64,000 bases of DNA from Octopus sinensis (taxonomy: Eukaryota), in contig NC_043000.1 in the NCBI RefSeq assembly GCF_006345805.1, positions 76,508,001 to 76,572,000 of the forward strand. The letters are read 5' to 3'. The position numbers were made by a program, and so were the translations under genes. Positions 10,236 to 21,085 of this stretch are shown one piece after another (position 1 is the first letter of the stretch; the number at the start of each line of letters is the position of its first letter). The notes beneath the pieces are model-generated. The model saw nothing but the letters and a program-made list of their open reading frames with translations, made no database searches and was not told the origin of the DNA.

Positions 10236-11469
10236 AAGGCAACGACATGCAGCAGACTACTGAAACTCTTTTATTCACCCTGCTGCCAGAATTATTAGCA
10301 TGTCGGCTAAAATGCCTTGCAGTATTTATTCCTGTTCTAAACGTTCGCCTTTCATCCTTTCGGGGTAGATAAATAAAGCACCAGCCAACTACTTCAGACA
10401 ATGTAATTGACCAGCTCCAAGTTTCTGACTTTGCACTTACAGTATGTTTTAAATAAATATTTAGAAGCAATACAATGACACAAATATTTAGTTTTGATAT
10501 TTTGTTTCCTCTCGTAATATTTAAGTCCATTGGTTATGACTACGCCGAAGTACTGTTCTTTTACTTAAATTTCTATTCCTTAAATATAATCCCACGAATA
10601 CGAAACTAACTTTTAGATAAGTAACAAAGCACCATAATTCCATCTTAACGGCAGTAAATAAAAACATAATAAACTTTAAACTATCCACTGTTCCGCTTAT
10701 CGATTGAATTATTGTTAAAATATGCTGGATGTTCTCTTCCTGTAACATGAATAACATCTCAATGCTTGACTGTTTAGTAACGGAACAGAGTGAAGCAATA
10801 GTTAGAGATACAAACATAAATGATTAACTTATATGGATTGTAAGTAGTAGGTTTGAAAGCAGTTGCATAAAAAGCATTGTTTTTCATTGATTTAAAAAAA
10901 AGAAATGTTCACTTCTGTTGGGCAGGGAGCTGACCTTCACAATAAAACATGATTTCTGTTTTATGATCCAAACAATTATATCAAGCTCGTTGTGTTTACA
11001 TTTGATGGCAGTTTTAACGGGAGTGTTTCATCAATATTTCATGCGTAAAAAAGTATGGATGCACCTATCGCCAGAAATATTTTATATTTGTCCCACAACA
11101 GTTTTCCTATCATTGACTTTATACGATGTTTTAGCAACAACGCCATGATGCATAGGATGCTAGTGCTTTAATGACATTTTCTTGGGTAGCTACAGGTTCC
11201 GCCTGTAATTAATATCTTCTACAATTATAAAATATAAATGCCTTTTTTTCTTCATAACAGCGATTCAAGAAATCATGTCTGTAGTCGAAGACAAAGTTTC
11301 TATGTTGTACACCACTTACGTTGTACAGTAGTTGAATAACCTCTACTATTGGTAAATGGCTGATCAATTATTCGTAAAACAAGTTAAATACTTATGGAGG
11401 TAAAAAGTACAGTTTGAATATGACTTTGCTGATGTGTGAAGTCAGAGAGATAGACCTATAGTTTTTGGT

Positions 11470-12960
11470 ATCTGCTCTGCTTCCTCCTTTATGGATTGGG
11501 CATATTATTCCCCCCTTCAGTTTGCTTGTCAGCCTGCAAGAAAGCTCTGGAAGAGAATCTGGAGGGATTTCGCTAGGGCACGCTTACACGATTTGAGGAG
11601 GATTGCTGGGAAACCATCAGGACCAGCAGTTGAGTTTGTGTCCACTTCATCCATGACTAGTAGTATATCTTCTTCGCTAATGTCAGTGTATTCCATTGTA
11701 ACTGCCTCGCTGGTTATAGGTGAGGCGGCAAAGAAATCCACTGGTTCGTTCACTGGTCCGTGTTCCAACAGAGTGGTAAAGTCACTTTTGAACTGGTCAT
11801 TCAGTACCTCGCTGATCCTGGTTGGATTGTCTGTGAGAGAGCCATCCTTTTGGAAGAGGGGTCCTATTTTGCAGCGTACTGAGGCTGTTTCTTTGGCATA
11901 ATGAAAGGAGGTCTTTGGGTTTGACTTAATGTTTTTTTTTAACCTAGGCTTCTTTGTCCGCTCTCTCCCTCACATGGGATTGTTGCAGGTTTTTTTCAGC
12001 CTCCATCAGTGTTGTTTTTAGGCGGGACCTTTCACTATTTTTGGAATGTTAGTTGAAGCGATTTGCAACCTTCGTCCGTCGTCTCATGAGGATCTTCCTT
12101 TTCCTGGGAATCTTGTTCCTTTTTGTGTTGGTTTTGTACTCTGGGACATATTTCTGGCATATGGCTTGTATAACAGACATGAAATATTCTAGTTTCAGGT
12201 CAATGTCCTGTGTGGAGAGACATTTCGGTCATCTCTGTCTGAGGATCTCATTTTGGATAGATTTCCAGTCTGCTCTGTGGAAGTTCTAATTGGAGAGAGT
12301 TCGGGTGCTTCCATTAGGCTGTATGTCTGTGGCTACTTTTGGTAGACAGCTCTATTATGTTGTGATCCGAAACTAATGTCGGCATCACTTTGACATCATG
12401 AACGATGTCCATTTTGTTTGTGAAGCAGATATCCCAAATGTTATTCGCCCTAATCGGTCTGAGTACAGTTTACTCCGTGAATAGGGCATTGGTGAGGTTT
12501 GCAATGAGTCATTCCTGAGAGCATGAGGCCTTTGGGCCATTTGCCATTGCAGAAGTTGAAATTACCCATAAAAAATACGCTCACATGGTGTTCCAGTTTC
12601 ATGAGGATTTCTTTAATTCTTGTGAGGCAATCTTCAAACTTGCCTATGTGGTTTAAGCATCCGGTGGGCGATATGTATTGCATATGACTATTTAGTGTTG
12701 TCTTATGTATACAATTTTGAGTATGACAGTGAGACCTGGAGTGTGAGGTCTTCACGGATGTATACAGCAACTCCACCATGGCTCCTTTCCCTCTGTCGCA
12801 GTATGGTATATTTTGGTACATGTTCTTCTGCATCCTCTATATCAGGGCCCAGATGAGTTTCCACGAGTGCTATGCGTAGGCCTTGATTGCATACAGCAAA
12901 GTCTCTCGAGAAAAAATTTTTGGATCTCTGCTTCACAAACAAAATGGACATCGTTCATGA
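11470..12960 (-). mobile_element. Degenerate APE-RT LINE fragment (CR1/L2/Jockey-like)
   Basis: APE-like IALVETHL...SHGGVAVYIREDL (12703-12951) and pre-RT STAGPDGFPAILLKSCKRAL (11529-11768); many stops and frameshifts. Confidence 0.8.
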
Positions 12961-13605
12961 TGTGAAAGTGACGCCGACATTAGTTTCGGATCAATTGTTT
13001 GCGCTTGATGTATATATATAATATAACAAACGAAGGAAAAAACGATTCCTTCAAAGGGGTGTAAAACATTCAATTCACTGGTACGGCAGTTGAATATTAC
13101 AGAAATAGGAGCATAAGTACAAATTACAAATAATAGAGAAATAAATTGACCGTTATAAATTTACTTAATTATTTTATCCATTTAAATTTTGTTATTCTTT
13201 TATTGTACTTATGTATTTAAATTGTTAACGCTCACTCTCCTAAACATAGGTATTTTGAATCAGTCTTATGCAATCTGGTAGTCCTTTTACATAGAATTTC
13301 GTCTGCCTTTTTGAACCAAGGCCCTGAATAGACTTGTATACATAGATATGAATTGTTTATAAATCAAGTAATGTATACAAGTAGAAACAAATTTTTGCCT
13401 TTATTTTTTTTTTTTTTAATTGGTTGTTATGTTATCTTATATTTTATATTATATCATATTATGATGTCATAAATTGTTAGATTGTCATCTGTATTTCTCT
13501 ATTTAATTTATATATATATCTAATGTAGGATAATTTTTTTTCGAAAAAAATTCTATCAATGGCCAGCATATTAAAAAATACCTTTAAGAGTTAAATTTAT
13601 AAACA

Positions 13606-13693
<88 letters not shown>

Positions 13694-13854
13694 ATCACCA
13701 TATTAATATGGCATTCTTATAGATATAAGAATAATCGCTGCCGCTGGTCAGCTCCATGAGGCCACCGCCATCAAGATAGCTATTGATACACGATCTGTAT
13801 CCATTATAACCTTCGAACAAGGGAGGTCAGCCGCTTCACACTGCCAGTCCGACA

Positions 13855-13896
13855 GCTACAGACGCGTTTCGGGGTATTGCCCCTTGTCAATGTAGC
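13855..13896 (-). ncRNA. Minimal type-I hammerhead ribozyme motif with U3-A8 core variant
   Basis: Minus: gctaca-TTGACAA-gggg caata cccc-GAAA-cgc-GTC-tgtagc. 6-bp stem I, 4-bp stem II, palindromic ACGCGT stem III. Confidence 0.75.
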
Positions 13897-13938
13897 GCAG
13901 TAATCTCTTTTATAGAGACTTAGTAATTTTAATATTTC

Positions 13939-13988
<50 letters not shown>

Positions 13989-13989
13989 T

Positions 13990-14185
13990 TTTATTTGTTT
14001 CAGTCATTTGACTGCGGCCATGCTGGAGCACCGCTTTTAGTCGAACAACTCTTCTCCGGGACTTATTCTTTGTAAGCCTAGTAATTATTGTATCGGTAAC
14101 TTTTGCCGAAATGCCAAGTTACGAGGACGTAAACACACCAACATCGGTTGTCAAGCAATGTTGGGAGCACAAACACAGGTACACA
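13990..14185 (-). mobile_element. tRNA-derived SINE, 3' half
   Basis: Reverse complement of the 3' half of the SINE at 19799-20220 (…ggcggtgctccagcatggccgcagtcaaatgactgaaac). Confidence 0.88.
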
Positions 14186-14191
14186 AAGATG

Positions 14192-14249
<58 letters not shown>

Positions 14250-14266
14250 CTATCTATCTATCTATC

Positions 14267-14329
<63 letters not shown>

Positions 14330-14484
14330 CATATATATATAATTATAATTTAGGGTATCTAAGAGATACCAGCCCCGCTGGAAATAGCAGTCATAATTTG
14401 CCTTTAAAACTACATTAAATGTTCATATATCACTAGGAGAAAAAACAAAGAGACAAAATAAACTAGCAAAAAAATTACTGGATA

Positions 14485-14543
14485 ATTCCAGATCTCGGAT
14501 TTCTGGCTTTGCATAAGAGATGCTCTGCTTTCATCAGTGGAAT
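14485..14543 (-). ncRNA. Minimal hammerhead ribozyme-like motif
   Basis: Minus: attcca-CTGATGA-aagcagagcatctcttatgcaaagcca-GAAA-tccgag-ATC-tggaat; 6-bp stem I. Confidence 0.62.
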
Positions 14544-14544
14544 A

Positions 14545-15204
14545 CAGTGATCCTTCGTTTATCGCAGTAGATTGGTTCCGAGACCGGCTGCGAGAACTGA
14601 ATTTCCGCGAAGTAGGGACACCATATTTAAAGAATTTATTTAACTTGTATTTGGACTTTTAAAACTCTCCCTGTACTGTTAAAAACCCACACATTATAGT
14701 ACTCTATTAATAACAAGGACAACTGTTAAGCAATAACACTTTACATAAAAAAATATTGTTACTGTACTCAACACAAAAGAAGTTGAAGTAAAATTTGAAT
14801 GATGATGGTGATGAATTTGCTGCGCAGTAGAAATAACGATGATGAAGTTGACGGCGGTGCCCTTTCCTGGGACACCTCTTCCACTTCTTCCGAAGGTGCA
14901 GCCGTAGTAATAGAAGCAGGAACTGGCTCTTTTTTGTGAGGCTGCAAAAACATTGTGATAGGAAGCTGCTGCCGCTGCTTCTTTTTCTGTTCAAAGAGCA
15001 TCTTGTAGGGATTCATGACTTCATCGAGCTTGTTGCAAAATTGCACAGAACGAACCATATCGTCGTCCCATTCCTGTGACTCCTCTTTCAATTCTTTAGC
15101 AAGGTTGCAGAGCTTGGCCAGCCGTTCCAAAATCAAGCCAGTTTGGTTGACAATTTCTGTTTCTTGCTGCGTTTCTTCTTTGGATTAATGAAAAAATTTA
15201 GGTA

Positions 15205-15263
<59 letters not shown>

Positions 15264-15324
15264 CAAAAATCCGCGAAGTCGTGAATCCGCGATAGTTGAA
15301 CCGCGAAGTAGCGAGGGATCACTG
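14545..15324 (-). mobile_element. Tigger/pogo-derived internally deleted element (MITE)
   Basis: TIRs cagtgatccttcg / cgagggatcactg and TA TSD. Residual transposase C-terminus (KKKQRQQLPITMFL). Empty paralogous site at 15788-15800. Confidence 0.92.
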
Positions 15325-15736
15325 TACACCCAGATAGCACATAAATACAAATATACATATATACACAGCATACGATATACTTACATATACGAACGTATAT
15401 ACATACATATATATGCACGTATGTACACGACCAGTTTAAATTGCCCGCCTTAAAGCTCCTATGCGATATGGTCAGAATAAACAGCGCAGTGAATATAATG
15501 ACGAAATAAATATATAAATTTATATAAATAAGGATAAGATCGATATTTAAATACCGATCTTATCAGGTGGCCAGTATGGGAATAAAAACCTTTCAATGGT
15601 AATAATAGGGTATCTAAGAGATACCAACCCCGCTGGAAATAGTCATAACTTAACTCTAAAGCCACATCAAATGTTCATATAGCACTCGGAGAGAAAACAG
15701 AGAGACAAAATAAACTAGTAAAAAAATTACTGGATA

Positions 15737-15795
15737 ATTCCAGATCCCGGGTTTCTGGCTTTGCATAAGAGATGCTCTGCCTTCATCAGTGGAAT
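15737..15795 (-). ncRNA. Minimal hammerhead ribozyme-like motif (second copy)
   Basis: Minus: attcca-CTGATGA-aggc...gcca-GAAA-cccggg-ATC-tggaat; palindromic CCCGGG in stem III. Confidence 0.58.
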
Positions 15796-15816
15796 ACACT
15801 CAGATAGCACTTAAAT

Positions 15817-15884
<68 letters not shown>

Positions 15885-16481
15885 TAATAAATAAGATATA
15901 TGCATACATACATACATATATGTACGTACCTACATCTACATGTATATATACATGCATATATAAATATATATATGTGAGTACAGGACACCACAAATAGACG
16001 TAGAACTCAACGAGAAACGAAAACGTAAAAACAAACATGGAAACGGACTTTTTTTAACAACGAAAAATCAGAGTACAAGACAAACAATACAAGGAAAATT
16101 CCCCTTCATCAGCTGTCCCTAGTTCGACTCCATGCGTGTTTCGAAGGTAAGGACAGATCACGACTCGTCGAACTAGCCCTTCCTGCAAAAGAATTAAATA
16201 AAATTCCTTTGCAGAGGGGTAAAAACAAGGAAAGAAAAAATGTGACAAAAACAGGACGTAAAAACAATACAAATAAAAAAACAAATACAAAATAAAAATA
16301 CAAATACAAAAAATACAGTACAAGTAAAGAATAAAAACAGGACAAGGAAACAAACACTGAAGGCCTTTTTTTAGCCTAGACGATGGAAAAATTCAAGAGC
16401 GCAGGAAAAAAGCATGTTCACTTGTAGGAGGCCGCCAGCGAAAGGAAGGGGTCGACTCGGCTGTGTCAGAGATGAGGAGGA

Positions 16482-16520
<39 letters not shown>

Positions 16521-17167
16521 GAAAAGAAATCAGAAAGGGTGAAAAATAAGGAGAGAGACAGGCAAAGAGGAAGACAGACAGGAAGGAAGGGAAGGTCAAG
16601 CAAAGGGTTACAGAGTTTCGCGTCATAATTATATATAAAAACTTACTTGGAGAACAGAAAAGAAACGAAACGACGCGAGGGCGCTCAGTCATGCAACAAA
16701 TTAATAAATAAAATATATGCATACATACATATACATAGCATACGATATACTTACATATACGAGCGTATATACATACATATATATGCACGTATGTACACAA
16801 CCAGTTTAAATTGCCCGCCTTAAAGATCGTCGTGCGATATGGTCAGAATAAATACCGCAGTGAATATAATGACAGAATAAATATATAAATTTATATAAAT
16901 AAGGATAAAATCGATATTTGAATACCGATCTTATCAGGTGGCCACTGTACATGGTATATTGTAGTAAGATGGGGGACAGGAAGAGTTGGGATGTGTGGGC
17001 GTTGTAACGATGTGGTCTGTTTTAGTCCAGGTAACCATTATTATCTCCCTCTCCACCTCACAATTATACACAGGTAATTAACAGCCAGTAACACACCATT
17101 AATACTACCATAGTCAAAGGAGGAAAACGTTCAGGTTACCCAGCTGGTTTCCTGTCTCGTTGGCTCT

Positions 17168-17227
<60 letters not shown>

Positions 17228-17351
17228 CCCCACTACTACTTACTATGTGTGCGTGGTGTAGCGTTACTAAGCCTTTGATGCAGTTATGTCAGTGACGTGG
17301 TTGAGTAGGTGGTGTGGTGTGTTTCGCAGATATGTTGTGATGATGTCCAAT

Positions 17352-17676
17352 TGGGCAAGTGTCTTCTACTATAGCCTCGGGCCGACCAATGCCTTGTGAG
17401 TGGATTTGGTAGACGGAAACTGAAAGAAGCCTGTCGTATATATGTATATATATATATATGTATGTGTGTGTTTGTGTGTCTGTGTTTGTCCCCCTAGCAT
17501 TGCTTAACGACCGATGCTGGTGTGTTTACGTCCCCGTCACTTAGCGGTTCGGCAAAAGAGACCGATTGAATAAGTACTGGGCTTACAAAGTCCCGGGGTC
17601 GATTTGCTCGACTAAAGGCGGTGCTCCAGCATGACCGCAGTCAAATGACTGAAACAAGTAAAAGAGTAAAAGAGTA
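17352..17676 (+). mobile_element. tRNA-derived SINE lacking a recognisable head
   Basis: ttgggcaagtgtcttctactatagcctcggg core through the gactgaaacaagtaaaagag tail. Confidence 0.88.
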
Positions 17677-18078
17677 ATTACTATAGAAAATACCAACGGC
17701 TGCTGTTTTTCAGGTTGAAATCTGTAAGAGGCGAGCATGTTTGATAAGATATTCACTGGTATCGTTTGTTTCTCTTCTTTCAGATAGTCTCATTCTCTGT
17801 CTTGCATATTTCTTCCTTCTCAATTTTCTCTCCCGTCCCCTCTGTCTGTCTGTCCGTCTGTTTGTCTCCCTTTCGACTTGTCTGTCAGTTTGTCTGTCAT
17901 TTCCCTTCTCTCTTCCTCCCTCTCTCTGTTGTCGCTACCTCGTTCACTGTTTATAGATACATACATACACACGCACCATGCCAGCGGAAAATTATGCAAG
18001 AGTATATATGTCTCATCTAAAAGTGAGAGAAAGAACAGCTACGATGAACCAATGAGAAACATACAGATCTGTCCGGTT

Positions 18079-18128
18079 TCTGTGACTGAGGAGGAGATAA
18101 CCACGCCGAAATGCTTGCATCTTACAGA
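18079..18128 (+). ncRNA. Minimal type-I hammerhead ribozyme-like motif
   Basis: tctgtga-CTGAGGA-gg agataaccacg cc-GAAA-tgcttgc-ATC-ttacaga. 7-bp stem I (one G-U), stem III A-U/U-A/G-C/C-G, only 2-bp stem II. Confidence 0.68.
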
Positions 18129-18531
18129 CTGAGTAGGTGGCATTGCGAGATGATTTCGGTGCATTTACAACATTTGTTTACAGCGAGAATTTATTTCCAT
18201 GACATAACACATTCTTAAGGGTTTAAATATGCTCAAGGCATATTTGAACTGGCAATAGCCTTATATTTATATAGATCTCTGTTTAGGCTATAAATATCCA
18301 ATCGTATCTGTTATAATTGATGCATAGTGTGAGGTAGAAACAGAGTTGCATAAAGGTTTTGAAATGTAAACTCCCTAACACCCTTCTATACAAAATTTTA
18401 ATGAAAATTTATAAAACATTTCAAAGATTCTCCATTTAAGTTTTCTGGATTGAACATATATACACAATCACATGTGAAATAGGGTACACACATAGATAAA
18501 AGAAAAATTACTCGTTGTAAATATGTAAATA

Positions 18532-18943
18532 GGCGCAGGAGTGGCTGTGTGGTAAGTAGCTTGCTTAGTAACCACGTGGTTCCGGGTTCAGTCCCAATGC
18601 AGGGCACCTTGGGCAAGTGACTTCTACTATAGCCTCGGGCCGACCAAAGCCTTGTGAGTGGATTTGGTAGACGGAAACTGATAGAAGCCCGGCGTGTATA
18701 TATATTTATATATATGTGTGGTGTGTGTGTGTGTGTGTGTTTGTGTTTCTTCCCCCCCCCCCCAGCATCGCTTGACAACTGATGCTGGTGTGTTTACGTC
18801 CCCGTCACTTAGCGGTTCGGCAAAAGAGACCGATTGAATAAGTACTGGGCTTACAAAGTCCCGGGGTCGATTTGCTCGACTAAAGGCGGTGCTCCAGCAT
18901 GACCGCAGTCAAATGACTGAAACAAGTAAAAGAGTAAAAGAGT
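18532..18943 (+). mobile_element. Full-length tRNA-derived SINE (chimeric copy at the duplication junction)
   Basis: A box tggctgtgtggt, B box ggttcagtccc, CORE-like ccttgggcaagt, internal (TA)(TG) tract. Confidence 0.92.
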
Positions 18944-19345
18944 AATTACTATAGAAAATACCAACGGCTGCTGTTTTTCAGGTTGAAATCTGTAAGAGGC
19001 GAGCATGTTTGATAAGATATTCACTGGTATCGTTTGTTTCTCTTCTTTCAGATAGTCTCATTCTCTGTCTTGCATATTTCTTCCTTCTCAATTTTCTCTC
19101 CCGTCCCCTCTGTCTGTCTGTCCGTCTGTTTGTCTCCCTTTCGACTTGTCTGTCAGTTTGTCTGTCATTTCCTTCTCTCTTCCTCCCTCTCTCTGTTGTC
19201 GCTACCTCGTTCACTGTTTATAGATACATACATACACACGCACCATGCCAGCGGAAAATTATGCAAGAGTATATATGTCTCATCTAAAAGTGAGAGAAAG
19301 AACAGCTACGATGAACCAATGAGAAACATACAGATCTGTCCGGTT

Positions 19346-19395
19346 TCTGTGACTGAGGAGGAGATAACCACGCCGAAATGCTTGCATCTTACAGA
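19346..19395 (+). ncRNA. Identical duplicate of the 18079-18128 hammerhead-like motif
   Basis: Same sequence at offset +1267. Confidence 0.68.
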
Positions 19396-19798
19396 CTGAG
19401 TAGGTGGCATTGCGAGATGATTTCGGTGCATTTACAACATTTGTTTACAGCGAGAATTTATTTCCATGACATAACACATTCTTAAGGGTTTAAATATGCT
19501 CAAGGCATATTTGAACTGGCAATAGCCTTATATTTATATAGATCTCTGTTTAGGCTATAAATATCCAATCGTATCTGTTATAATTGATGCATAGTGTGAG
19601 GTAGAAACAGAGTTGCATAAAGGTTTTGAAATGTAAACTCCCTAACACCCTTCTATACAAAATTTTAATGAAAATTTATAAAACATTTCAAAGATTCTCC
19701 ATTTAAGTTTTCTGGATTGAACATATATACACAATCACATGTGAAATAGGGTACACACATAGATAAAAGAAAAATTACTCGTTGTAAATATGTAAATA

Positions 19799-20220
19799 GG
19801 CGCAGGAGTGGCTGTGTGGTAAGTAGCTTGCTTAGTAACCACGTGGTTCCGGGTTCAGTCCCAATGCAGGGCACCTTGGGCAAGTGACTTCTACTATAGC
19901 CTCGGGCCGACCAAAGCCTTGTGAGTGGATTTGGTAGACGGAAACTGATAGAAGCCCGGCGTGTATATATATTTATATATATGTGTGTGTGTGTGTGTGT
20001 GTTTGTGTTTCTTCCCCCCCCCCCAGCATCGCTTGACAACTGATGCTGGTGTGTTTACGTCCCCGTAACATAGCGGTTCGGCAAAGTGACCGATAGAATA
20101 AGTACTTGGCTTACAAAGAATAAGTCCTGGGGTCGATTTGCTTGACTAAAGGCGGTGCTCCAGCATGACCGCAGTCAAATGACTGAAACAAATGAAAGAG
20201 TAAAAGAATAAAAGAATGAA
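19799..20220 (+). mobile_element. Full-length tRNA-derived SINE
   Basis: Same family as 18532-18943. Confidence 0.92.
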
Positions 20221-20813
20221 AGAAATGCGTACCATTTCACATACATTGTATATATGCATACACTAACTCACTTATATTCATGAATCACAGAAACAATCTC
20301 GATTCATACAAAAGAGTCTTGTCACAATCTTTGCGATCGGCTTGAATTCTGACCTTATGCCTCTACTTCTATTCTTCTGCTTAACATAGGTCCTGTCAGT
20401 ATTACTGTTGATTTACAAGATATCAATGCATTTTTGTAGTCATTTTGTCCAAATTGCATAACTTTTCAAGTGTTCAGTCCAGTATTCCTAATATTGGTAC
20501 TTTCACAGGCACTGTAAAATCACTGTACAATATAGTTTTATTGAATGCAAATAACTCTGACTTTCATACCACCTAAAGTCTGTTGAAAATTGTCAAAGTA
20601 GCTATACTTACATCCCCACGTGTAAAATTTTCTCATCAATTTCGAGATACCTGTAACATTTATCACTTGATATAACTGAGATACTCAGGCCGTTGTCATC
20701 CATATTCCTCATCTGGTCAAAAATCTTTCCTCGATTCACTACCAAATATGAAAAATTATCCGATCAAATTCTCTTCTAGACATTCTCTCTAGCCATGCGA
20801 CAAGCAGACTACT

Positions 20814-20848
<35 letters not shown>

Positions 20849-21085
20849 GGAGAGAGAGAGAGAGTATTTCTTTATTCACCATAAGGTTGAGAAAAAGAGG
20901 GGACAAAACAAACGTTGGGGTCAGGGTATCGAATGAGACGAAACGTATGAATAAACAAACAATTAAAATATATACAATTAAATGAGAATGAGTGAATAAC
21001 AAAAAATGAAGCGGAGGACGCGGTTGACCCCACAAACCACATACTCACACTGAAGACTTTGCTTTCTCCTTTTTTACATTCTCGA

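Larger units (their letters stand above)
14350..15815 (-). mobile_element. Two copies of a hammerhead-bearing repeat (Penelope pseudo-LTR-like); first copy interrupted by a Tigger MITE
   Basis: 14350-14544 plus 15325-15350 is homologous to 15605-15815. 15360-15570 recurs at 16730-16945. Penelope origin is inferred from the motif type. Confidence 0.6.
17510..20045. repeat. Near-perfect 1267-bp tandem duplication with breakpoints inside SINEs
   Basis: 17510-18780 matches 18780-20045, differing essentially only in homopolymer/microsatellite lengths. Confidence 0.95.

Noticed and set aside
10521-10817. Hydrophobic minus-strand ORF resembling a GPCR TM6-TM7
   Set aside because: No diagnostic motif, and the upstream frames are closed; AT-rich sequence readily gives hydrophobic ORFs.
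11261-11351. Strong acceptor followed by a possible exon
   Set aside because: Stops in all frames before the best donor; at most a non-coding exon.
16095-16160. Permuted hammerhead (minus: CGAAAC...GTC...CTGATGA)
   Set aside because: Stem I cannot form and stem II pairing would consume core bases.
18532-18600. tRNA genes at SINE heads (also 19799 and 45242)
   Set aside because: A and B boxes are present but no complete cloverleaf, and they continue into repeat bodies.
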